Below are positions 1 to 7,579 of a DNA stretch of 12,714 nucleotides, in pieces. Origin of the DNA: Promethearchaeota archaeon. GTDB taxonomy: Archaea; Asgardarchaeota; Hermodarchaeia; Hermodarchaeales; Hermodarchaeaceae. The position numbers and the translations under genes are program-made. The DNA is taken from contig JBHLMI010000002.1 of assembly GCA_048938295.1 (NCBI GenBank), positions 151,890 through 164,603 of the forward strand, read 5' to 3'. The stretch's first letter is position 1, and each line of letters starts with the position of its first letter. The notes beneath the pieces are model-generated. The model was not told the DNA's origin. It searched no databases and worked only from the letters and a program-made list of their open reading frames with translations.

Positions 1-1257
1 AGGATCTGCAAATACCTGAAAGAAGGTAATCGTGGTGGGGAAGTTAATTGGATACACTGTAGTGCCCCATTCCGTGGAGAAGGCTAGAAATATGATTCCT
101 AATGGTGTGAGTAGCGCTAAAAAGAGCACCAGTCCTATGAACCCATATATCGCGATATACTGCCACCAGGTTGGTTTGTGCAACCGTGGATTCCAAGTGC
201 CCCCTTTACTCATCATGGCATAATGTCTAAGAGACATGTATCTTCTGATTAATAGGAATCCAATCATTGCAATTAGTAACAAGATAACGCTCAATGCTGG
301 CGCGATAGGATTAATGGTTCCCGTAGGGGCAAAGATTAACGAATAGACCTGATAGGTAATCGTCCGACGAACGATTGGGTCGGATTCAAATACAATGAGA
401 GTTCCTAGGTCCTCGACACTGAGAATAAATGTGAGTATTGCGCCGGCTTCAATTCCTGGTAATGCCAAGGGAAAGGTGACTCTCCTGAAAAGCCCCAATC
501 CCTTTGCACCCATATTCTCTCCCTGTTCTTCCAAGGAAGGATCGATGGCAAGGAATGCGGCGTAGGTTGAAAGATAAACTAATGAGAAGAAATGCAGTGA
601 TTGAACAAGAATTACGGCTGCTAATCCTTCAAAGATCACGCGGAATGGGGAAATTCTAAGGATGTCGTGGAATAGCAGGTTTAGCATCCCAAATTCCCCA
701 AATATTTTTTGGATAGCTATTGCGCTTACAAAGGGTGTGGAAAGAATGGGGATGAGGATGAGAATGCGGAGAATGGATTTGCCATAGAAGTCGTATCGTG
801 CCATGAAGAAGGCAAGTGCAACTCCGATTAATGTGGAGATGAGAGTTGTCGAAAGGCCCACAAATATGGAATTGAGAATTGCCCCGCAATCAAAACCACG
901 AATATAAAGATAGTCACCGATTATTTCGATTGGTACTCCCGTAACTCCATGGACGGGCCAAAATCGTGGGTCAGTAAAGATAATTCGAAACCAAAGAAGT
1001 GAAAAAGTTCCGTTCGCAGTGAATGCAGTCCCTATTACGGCAAATAGGGGCAGAACCATGAAGAGGACGAACACTACGATTACAGCAAGTAATTGAACGG
1101 ATGAAAAAACACCCATTTGTTGGCGGAACTTTTGAAGAAGGTCTTTGTAGTAATCAAAGTGGAAGAGTTTTCGTCCAGACAATATCCAATCTTTCGTTCG
1201 ATGAGCAAATCCAGTAACTTTGAGTTTAAATCCGTCCATTGAGAAGATACTTGCCAT
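1..1257 (-). CDS. ABC transporter permease, Fe3+/thiamine/AfuB(FbpB)-type two-domain permease; 3' end cut by the window edge
   Basis: Missing from the ORF track because it has no stop in the window; translated by hand. ATG at 1257 follows GAAGGT, with an in-frame TAA further upstream. The frame is open for 419 codons to base 1 (MASIFSMDGFKLKV...QLLAVIVVFVLFMVLPLFAV...PTTITFFQVFADP). It has many hydrophobic segments and an EAA-like loop IDPSLEEQGENMGAKGLGLFRRVTFPLALPGIEAGAILTF. It lies directly downstream of a binding-protein gene on the same strand. Confidence 0.92.
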   Translation of the reverse strand, partial: MASIFSMDGFKLKVTGFAHRTKDWILSGRKLFHFDYYKDLLQKFRQQMGVFSSVQLLAVIVVFVLFMVLPLFAVIGTAFTANGTFSLLWFRIIFTDPRFWPVHGVTGVPIEIIGDYLYIRGFDCGAILNSIFVGLSTTLISTLIGVALAFFMARYDFYGKSILRILILIPILSTPFVSAIAIQKIFGEFGMLNLLFHDILRISPFRVIFEGLAAVILVQSLHFFSLVYLSTYAAFLAIDPSLEEQGENMGAKGLGLFRRVTFPLALPGIEAGAILTFILSVEDLGTLIVFESDPIVRRTITYQVYSLIFAPTGTINPIAPALSVILLLIAMIGFLLIRRYMSLRHYAMMSKGGTWNPRLHKPTWWQYIAIYGFIGLVLFLALLTPLGIIFLAFSTEWGTTVYPINFPTTITFFQVFADP

Positions 1258-1329
1258 TAATAGACCTTCGATGGAGATTTAATTTTCTGGTCGGGATGAT
1301 GCCAGTCACCATGATTAGAGAGCATTCAT

Positions 1330-1337
1330 TATAAAAA
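1330..1337 (-). promoter_or_regulatory. Candidate internal TATA box (TTTTTATA) for the permease
   Basis: TTTTTATA on the minus strand, about 73 nt upstream of the permease ATG, inside a very AT-rich 204-bp spacer. Confidence 0.4.
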
Positions 1338-1422
1338 GGTAATATTGTGCTTTCGATTGCCAAGATTTAGATAAACATTAGTCTATATTATATATTCATT
1401 ATTAAATTATAAAAAGATGGGA

Positions 1423-1445
1423 CGTGAGGCAATAATTACCTCACG
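1423..1445 (-). terminator. Stem-loop just after the binding-protein stop codon (terminator or mRNA-stabilising hairpin)
   Basis: CGTGAGGCAAT-A-ATTACCTCACG forms an 11-bp inverted repeat with one G-U pair on the minus strand. It starts 16 nt after the stop and is followed on the minus strand by TCCCATCTTTTATAATTT. Confidence 0.55.
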
Positions 1446-1461
1446 AAGAACGTACAATGTA

Positions 1462-2895
1462 TTAGCCAGGGACTGTAGCTTCTATAGCATTATACTGAGC
1501 AATTGCAGCAGAAGTCCAGAGACTTTTGATACTTTCTCTGAACACATCGTCCCCGCGAATTAACAGATTGATGCTTTGCGCATATGCCTCTGTGAATTTC
1601 TCAGCTGTTAGACTGTAGGGATCAGTAACTGTCACGGTATCTCCCAGTTGAGCCGCCCATGTATCGAATTGAGCCTGTCTGGCAACGGGATCAACAAGGT
1701 ACCAAGTAACAAGTTTGCCCCAGGCACTTCGGAGTGCGCTATGGGCATTAGTTATTACAGATTCGAAGTAGTGCACAAGAGACCATTCGTACGAAAGAAC
1801 AAGGTTGTCATCGAAGGGGATGCCAATATTGTTGATCGTAGTATTGTAGAAGGTATAGAGGTCGTCGCGAGTTTCACCATAGGGTGTATGAAATGCGTCT
1901 TCCAGTACTGGCATTCGGTTAATCGTTGGACTTAACCATAGACTTTGTCCTTCTGGAGATAAGACAAAATCAATAAAGGCTTCAGCGGCTTCCCGATGCT
2001 GACATGTGGTGGGAATGGCAATTGGGTCCCCGTTAACTATTGATCCGTTCTGGGGAACAACGTATTGACAGAAACTATACTTGTACATGGATGTATATCC
2101 GTAGAAGTCAATGGTCATTCCGACTGCTACTTCGCCTGTTTCCACTGCAGTTTGGGTTTGAACGGATCCGCCATAAATCTTGGAATTCCCTCCCATTCTG
2201 GTAAGCGTATCCCATCCAAGAGCCCATCCAAATCTTTGAATAATAATTTCGTAGATTCTTGTATTACTAGTCGTTCCAGGTGCATTGCCCATCGCAATTG
2301 TTGCGGTGGGGTGATAAAAATCGGGGCTTGTTAGGTTTTCCCAAGCTGAAGGCCAAGGCAGCGATTTTGCTGCCCATGTTTGGTTATTCACCGTAAAGCC
2401 AAAAGAGCTAATGGCTGCAGCGCACCAGCGAACATCACCGTCTGTATCGTTTCGTTTCATAACTGCGCCAGCGATTTCATCCGGAACTCGAGCAAGGACG
2501 TCTTCCATGTAAGTGCCATTCATCTTTGTAAGAAGCCCAGCGGTTATGAGCTCATCGAAGAGGGTGGGACCCCCACCCCATGCTACATCAGGCTGTCCTG
2601 CTGGGTTCACAATAACTTCTTGCCATTGCGGCGCTAGTGGCGCAAGAAAGTCTAATGCTACGACGTTTGCATTTGCAGCTAAATCAGAGGCTAGAAATGC
2701 GTCTCTAAAGATATTCCAGATAGCTGTGTCATGTCGGGTAATGATTTTTAGGGTTATCCCCTGTGGTCCAGGACCTGCTGGAGGATGGGTGAAAAACCAC
2801 CAAGCACCAACACCGATGCTTGCCCCAGCAATTATGACAATTGCCACAATTGCATAGAGTTTTTTACGTGATGAACTTGAAGCTATCTCTGACAT
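1462..2895 (-). CDS. ABC transporter substrate-binding protein (archaeal Fe3+/AfuA/thiamine-class, type II SBP) with N-terminal membrane anchor
   Basis: 477 aa. Basic N-terminus (RKK), then a hydrophobic helix and a Pro/Gly linker. Motifs TRHD, DVAWGGG, SSFGFTVN, WENLTSP, GMTIDFYG, VVPQNGSIVNGDPIAI and AAEAFIDFVLSPEGQ are typical of this SBP class. Six N-X-S/T sequons. GGAGTG precedes the ATG. Adjacent to the permease. Confidence 0.92.
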   Translation of the reverse strand: MSEIASSSSRKKLYAIVAIVIIAGASIGVGAWWFFTHPPAGPGPQGITLKIITRHDTAIWNIFRDAFLASDLAANANVVALDFLAPLAPQWQEVIVNPAGQPDVAWGGGPTLFDELITAGLLTKMNGTYMEDVLARVPDEIAGAVMKRNDTDGDVRWCAAAISSFGFTVNNQTWAAKSLPWPSAWENLTSPDFYHPTATIAMGNAPGTTSNTRIYEIIIQRFGWALGWDTLTRMGGNSKIYGGSVQTQTAVETGEVAVGMTIDFYGYTSMYKYSFCQYVVPQNGSIVNGDPIAIPTTCQHREAAEAFIDFVLSPEGQSLWLSPTINRMPVLEDAFHTPYGETRDDLYTFYNTTINNIGIPFDDNLVLSYEWSLVHYFESVITNAHSALRSAWGKLVTWYLVDPVARQAQFDTWAAQLGDTVTVTDPYSLTAEKFTEAYAQSINLLIRGDDVFRESIKSLWTSAAIAQYNAIEATVPG

Positions 2896-2962
2896 TTTTC
2901 GTCAAACACTCCGGAGGAGTATGCTGATTGATTAGCATGAAGGTGTTCATATTTCTTTTTCT

Positions 2963-2988
2963 CCTCAAAAATTTGAGGTTTATATAAA
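2963..2988. promoter_or_regulatory. Operator-like palindrome abutting a self-complementary TATA box in the divergent spacer
   Basis: CCTCAAA-AA-TTTGAGG (2963-2978, perfect 7-bp arms) is immediately followed by TTTATATAAA (2979-2988), which is its own reverse complement. Confidence 0.6.
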
Positions 2989-3008
2989 AACAACATTCAT
3001 ACCGAGGG

Positions 3009-3023
3009 GCAAAGACTTTATAC
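3009..3023 (+). promoter_or_regulatory. Candidate BRE/TATA for the surface-protein gene
   Basis: Purine-rich GCAAAGA followed by CTTTATAC, about 60 nt upstream of ATG 3082, which is preceded by GAGGT. Confidence 0.4.
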
Positions 3024-3081
3024 AACTTTGATTGTGGTAGAACCGAATCGGAGAGAAAAGCAGTTCTCCGAGGTAAGCCAA

Positions 3082-4137
3082 ATGATTAGAAATCAAAAAG
3101 CAGTTCTATTGTTAGCGATTCTTGTGACTTCATTGTCTATCGGTTATCTAACGACGCTACCTAAAGCTTCTGCTCAAAACCAATTCGCTAATCAAACTTT
3201 AGCATTTTACAATGTCTATACAGCGTTGCCTGGCACAAATGTTTCAGTGTTCATGGACTGGTTTGAGTCTGAAGGAGGCACCTGTGTTAATATTACCGAC
3301 TTGACTGCGGCTACTTTAAGTGGTGTTACTGCACTGATACTTAACTGTCCTGACGCTGACCAAGATGAGGGACATGCCATCCATAATTTCACAATGAGCC
3401 AAGCTCAAGCGGTAAGAGACTGGTTCATGGCTGCAGGAGCTCACAAGTTCCTCTGGTCAAGTTCGGATTCCTCCTATACTTCTGCAGGCTATCCCGATGG
3501 ATATCGATCCAACAACGCTTCAATGATCCTTGAGGTGTTGGGGTCACAACTTCGATATGAACCATCATCTGTTGAAGATCCAGATAATAACGCAGAGGGA
3601 GCCTATCGACCCTTCCTTAATTGGACAACCACTGATCCTGTAGTAGCTGATTGTGTAGTTAATGTTACTCAGGTCCTCGCACATAGCCCAACATTACTTT
3701 ATGGAATTGATGCAAGCGATAATCCTGTTGCACTGGAAACTACAACTCTCCCCAACGTCTATCCGATCTTGGAGACAGGACTTGGTGGAATCATAAATGA
3801 CCCAATCCCAACCACTGATCCGATGCATGCGCACACCAATGGTGCGGAAGGTCATTTTGTAATGGTGGCTGCAGAACTCGGAATTGGTGGAACAACCAAC
3901 AAGCTTGTTGCCTCTGGATGTGCTCCTATAGGTGGTTACGCACCGATGTTCTTCGACGAATACAAGAACGTAGCGGCGGACGGCCAACAATTTGTAAAGA
4001 ATACTGTCACCTGGGGGCTGACTCCACCCGTAACCCCGCCACCACCGATTTCTGGATTTCCATTTGAAGCCATCGCACTGGGCCTACTAGCTACTCTTGG
4101 AATAGGACTTGTACTTCGGAATCGAAGAAGGAAGTAA
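3082..4137 (+). CDS. Secreted/cell-surface glycoprotein with Pro-rich linker and PGF-CTERM-like C-terminal anchor; domain resembles archaeal DUF4350/GldG-like (class I GATase-like fold) surface proteins
   Basis: Start moved from 3028 (TTG) to ATG 3082, which follows GAGGT and gives a signal peptide (MIRNQKAVLLLAILVTSLSIGYLTTLPKASA). Seven N-X-S/T sequons. The C-terminus TPPVTPPPP-ISGFP-FEAIALGLLATLGIGLVL-RNRRRK is linker + motif + TM helix + basic tail. The domain call is from recalled resemblance (ALILNCPD...FTMSQAQAVRDWF...LWSSSDSSY...SVEDPDNN) and has not been searched. Confidence 0.8.
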   Translation: MIRNQKAVLLLAILVTSLSIGYLTTLPKASAQNQFANQTLAFYNVYTALPGTNVSVFMDWFESEGGTCVNITDLTAATLSGVTALILNCPDADQDEGHAIHNFTMSQAQAVRDWFMAAGAHKFLWSSSDSSYTSAGYPDGYRSNNASMILEVLGSQLRYEPSSVEDPDNNAEGAYRPFLNWTTTDPVVADCVVNVTQVLAHSPTLLYGIDASDNPVALETTTLPNVYPILETGLGGIINDPIPTTDPMHAHTNGAEGHFVMVAAELGIGGTTNKLVASGCAPIGGYAPMFFDEYKNVAADGQQFVKNTVTWGLTPPVTPPPPISGFPFEAIALGLLATLGIGLVLRNRRRK

Positions 4138-4152
4138 AATTACTTCCTTCTT
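4125..4152. terminator. Perfect 13-bp inverted repeat between convergent genes; probable terminator hairpin, possibly bidirectional
   Basis: AAGAAGGAAGTAA-AA-TTACTTCCTTCTT, followed by TCAACTTTTTT on the + strand. The left arm is the last codons and stop of the surface gene. The right arm ends 9 nt from the stop of the convergent dehydrogenase. Confidence 0.7.
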
Positions 4153-4161
4153 TCAACTTTT

Positions 4162-5337
4162 TTAGAACCTTTTCATGATAGGTTCATATTCTTTGAAGAG
4201 ATAGCGTGAGATGACGTAGCGCTGAACTTGACTAGTGCCTTCATAGATTTGATAGAGTTTCGCATCTCGAAAGAGTTTCTGAATGGGATATTGTTCCAGA
4301 TACCCCTTGCCACCGTAGATTTGGAGAGCGTCAGTAACAATTTTCATGGCATCTTCAGCTCCGACAAGTTTAGCGCAACTTGAGGCAACGTTGGTAATGT
4401 TGCCATCCGTTTTCTGGTCGACCATCCAGGCAGCCTTCCATGTCAGGAGTCGAATCGCTTCGATGCGGGCGTACATATCTGCGGTCATGTCTTGGATGGC
4501 TTGGAAGCTGCTGATTTTCTTACCAAAGGCATCGCGTTGCTTTGCATAGTTGATGGCATACTCCATAGCAGACCGGGCGAGTCCAGTGGCCATGGCTCCG
4601 ATGGCTGGACGGGTTTTGACGAAAGTCATCATCGCCAGTAAGAAGCCTATTCCTTCACTGCCCAGCAAATTTTCTGCTGGCACCTCAGCGTTCCGTAAAA
4701 TCACGGCAGCAGTATCAGAAGCCCGATGTCCCAATTTCTTCAATGGTTTTCCGGTAGATACACCTTTAGTGTCTGCTGGCACAATGAAAGCGGAAAGGCC
4801 TTGATGGCGTTCAGTTCCTTTTTTCCTGGCAAAAATCACAAAGAGGTCTGCGTAATTGCCATTGGTGATCCAGAATTTGTTACCATTGAGGATGAAGGTG
4901 TCGCCCTTACGTTCATAGCTGGTTTGAATCCCTGCAACATCAGATCCCATACCAGGTTCGCTGGTGGCAAAAGAGGCAAAACGTAACTCCTTCATAAAAG
5001 GTGTTAGCCACTTCTTTTTTTGAGCTTCACTTCCACCTAAGATAATGGGCGTGGTGCCCAGGTCGTTAACATAAATGGATGTTGTCATTCCTGCACAGGC
5101 TGCAGAAAATTCCTCGACAACCAGAACCGATTCCAGGGATCCGTAGCCAGGTCCACCATACTCTTGGGGGATTCCAAGGTTCATGAGCCCTGCTTTATGG
5201 GCTTTAGCGATAACATCGCGGGGAAATTCGCCAGTTTGATCGTAATGCAGGGAAACCGGGAGTACTTCTTCTAATGCGAATTTCCGAGCTTTGTTTTGCA
5301 GTGTGATCTGTTCCTCTGTTAATTGAAAGTCAACCAT
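4162..5337 (-). CDS. acd: Acyl-CoA dehydrogenase (FAD), MCAD-like
   Basis: Start moved to ATG 5337 (MVDFQLTEEQ), which follows GAGGT; 391 aa. Motifs: SEPGMGSD, LNGNKFWITNG, KLGHRASDT, KTRP, RDAFGKKISSFQAIQ, YGGKGYLEQYP and IYEGTSQVQR with the catalytic Glu. Confidence 0.97.
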   Translation of the reverse strand: MVDFQLTEEQITLQNKARKFALEEVLPVSLHYDQTGEFPRDVIAKAHKAGLMNLGIPQEYGGPGYGSLESVLVVEEFSAACAGMTTSIYVNDLGTTPIILGGSEAQKKKWLTPFMKELRFASFATSEPGMGSDVAGIQTSYERKGDTFILNGNKFWITNGNYADLFVIFARKKGTERHQGLSAFIVPADTKGVSTGKPLKKLGHRASDTAAVILRNAEVPAENLLGSEGIGFLLAMMTFVKTRPAIGAMATGLARSAMEYAINYAKQRDAFGKKISSFQAIQDMTADMYARIEAIRLLTWKAAWMVDQKTDGNITNVASSCAKLVGAEDAMKIVTDALQIYGGKGYLEQYPIQKLFRDAKLYQIYEGTSQVQRYVISRYLFKEYEPIMKRF

Positions 5338-5524
5338 ATGACTGAACCTCGGTTTCCTGAGGGAGATTGTAGTATTTGAGTCGAACTGTCTTGCCATTCC
5401 TTCATACCTCAATACTGTTGGAGGCGATTTTGTGGAGTCTTCGTAAGTAATATGTAGGAGAAGGATTGCTGGGTGCGAAACCAGAAATTACTTGTAGAGT
5501 AGTCGATTAACAGAGGAGTTTTCC

Positions 5525-7543
5525 TTGACGGATTCTGAGCGGTTTGGCGATGAGGCTGAGAAAGAAGGCTATACTCCACAACCGTTGACTGAAGAATGCA
5601 CCCTTCCCGAGAAACCCTCTGTACGCAGCCTAACCTTCCGAGGAATCGTTCTAGCACTCATTCTTAATGTAATATACACGATTATCAATGCCTACCTTGG
5701 GATTAACTTTGGCTTTGGCCTCGGTTTTGGGATTATCACAGTACTTACAGCCTACACTCTCTTTCATATTGCCCGTGGTGGTTCTAACCGTCAAGAAATC
5801 GCCACGACCATGATTGCTTCAACTGGGTTTGTCGTCTACTATATTCTGACTATTTCGATGTATGTACAAGCGTATACGCCCTATACGTTACCCTGGTGGC
5901 TGGTTCCTCCCAAAGATGTACTAAATTACGGAAGCCCCTTCGATCCAAGCTGGATTCCACCAATCCTGTTTCATCTTGGCTTTGTTTGGATAAGTACAAT
6001 ACTGGGATTCATTGCGGCCTTGGCGGTTACTGATTATGTACAGTCACGCAAACAGACCAAGTTTCCTTTCTACCAAGCCAGTGGGGTGACCATCAACACC
6101 TGTATGGAAACCGGTCAACAAAGTCGCTTCATGTTCCGTTGGCTTGGGATCGGGGTTTTCATCACCGTTCTCCAGTATTTCATCAATGTCTTGGTCATGC
6201 CCTTTGGGTTCACAACCCTCAGCTGGGACTTTACACCATTTATGCTTCCGGGCTTCGCAATAGGATTCATATTGAATATTAGCCTCATGGCTATCTCATA
6301 TATCATCGACCCTAAGGTTTCGATTACGATGCTGGTCGCTGGGATTATCACATACCTAGTGATTTCCCCGATTCTGGTGACCCTCGGAGTGGTGACGCCA
6401 GGCTTCACTGGCATGGACATGTACTTCAACCTACTCTTCGAATACATGCTGGCACCTGCCCTCGGAATCATGCTTCTAAGTGGAGTAATTGTATTTGCCA
6501 TTGCGAAATTGCGGAAAAGGAATAATTCAACCAACACCGCATCACAACGTGATGAGGACGATCCTGAAGGTGGAAACGTTGAGTTCGGTGCCTATGCAAA
6601 AACCTACTTCCGTGGATTGGTCCATAATCGTCGGCTTGGATTAGCCTATTTATCTATCATCATCATTTTCGTGTTCATTATTATTATTCTCAACGTCTTC
6701 TCACCATTTCCGATTTGGATCTCAGTTCTCATCGCCTTGATCTTACTGTTACCTATCGCTTTGATTGATACCTTTGTCCTCGTCAAATTCGTTGGCGAGG
6801 CGGGTATTGGCATGGGTGTCCAGCGATTGGCTTTCTATGAAATCCCCCTAGCAGTAATCGGATTGCAAGGTTATATCACCTTTCTCGCTTATCCAGCCAT
6901 TAATCCCTTCACGACAACTGATACTCTTGGAAATCTCAAAATTGGAGCAATGACCGAAACTCCACGACGGTCCATTCTCATTGCCCAGCTGCTAAAAGTC
7001 ATTCCTGGAACAATCACGAGTGTTGTTTTTGTGCTTGCAGCGTGGTATCTGATTGGCTTTCCAACAGAGGTATTTCCTGCTGTTGGGGTTCTTCAAGGGT
7101 TTGCCATCGTTTCGATCTTTGCCCTCAACGCCCTTGCAACAGGATTCAATATCATTGCCTTTGTCTTCGCCGGTGTCGTTATCGGCTTACTTTCTGTGGC
7201 GTTTCCCGTTTCCACGTTGGGTGTTGCGTTGGCCATGTTTCTCCCACCTTCTTACTTCATTCCCTTCTCTATTGGAGGCTTCCTACGACTGTATACAGAT
7301 CGAAAATATGGGAAAGAGTGGTTTGCCAAAAAAGGTCAAGTTATTGCAGTCGGCTTCATCGCAGGCTCTGCCGTCGCGTTGGTCATTGTTTCCTTCCTTG
7401 CACCCTTTTTACAACTCATTGTCCTCCCAATTTGGTTGATTATCCTTGGGTTGGTATTGTGGCGTTATCGGCATGATCCATCCCCAACTCCTGATGCAGA
7501 AGATGATTCGGAAATAGCAAGTGCTGTTGCGACCAAAAATTAA
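5525..7543 (+). CDS. OPT-family (oligopeptide/YSL-like) transporter, divergent
   Basis: 672 aa with many TM segments; TTG start after GAGGAG. OPT-like landmarks: LTFRGIVLALILNVIYTIINAYLG, KFPFY, VGEAG, DTLGNLKIG...TPRRSILIAQ, AMFLPPSYFIPFSIGG and GFIAG. Confidence 0.8.
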   Translation: MTDSERFGDEAEKEGYTPQPLTEECTLPEKPSVRSLTFRGIVLALILNVIYTIINAYLGINFGFGLGFGIITVLTAYTLFHIARGGSNRQEIATTMIASTGFVVYYILTISMYVQAYTPYTLPWWLVPPKDVLNYGSPFDPSWIPPILFHLGFVWISTILGFIAALAVTDYVQSRKQTKFPFYQASGVTINTCMETGQQSRFMFRWLGIGVFITVLQYFINVLVMPFGFTTLSWDFTPFMLPGFAIGFILNISLMAISYIIDPKVSITMLVAGIITYLVISPILVTLGVVTPGFTGMDMYFNLLFEYMLAPALGIMLLSGVIVFAIAKLRKRNNSTNTASQRDEDDPEGGNVEFGAYAKTYFRGLVHNRRLGLAYLSIIIIFVFIIIILNVFSPFPIWISVLIALILLLPIALIDTFVLVKFVGEAGIGMGVQRLAFYEIPLAVIGLQGYITFLAYPAINPFTTTDTLGNLKIGAMTETPRRSILIAQLLKVIPGTITSVVFVLAAWYLIGFPTEVFPAVGVLQGFAIVSIFALNALATGFNIIAFVFAGVVIGLLSVAFPVSTLGVALAMFLPPSYFIPFSIGGFLRLYTDRKYGKEWFAKKGQVIAVGFIAGSAVALVIVSFLAPFLQLIVLPIWLIILGLVLWRYRHDPSPTPDAEDDSEIASAVATKN

Positions 7544-7579
7544 TTGAAGAAACAATTACTGGTGAACAACAAGGTGGGT

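Noticed and set aside
32-889. ORFs 32-223 (+) and 656-889 (-, HPHPH-rich)
   Set aside because: They overlap the permease in the antisense or an alternate frame. The His-Pro run is the shifted reading of the ILILIP codons.
1648-2857. Plus-strand ORFs antisense to the SBP (1648, 2065, 2380, 2513)
   Set aside because: Shadow frames of a well-supported gene, with no RBS and no recognisable protein features.
3028-3081. Longer starts from the ORF track (3028; likewise 5412 for ACAD)
   Set aside because: Downstream ATGs (3082, 5337) have GAGGT RBSs and give the expected signal peptide or family N-terminus.
3694-4986. ORFs antisense to the surface protein and ACAD (3694, 4346, 4550, 4726)
   Set aside because: Shadow ORFs of strongly supported genes.
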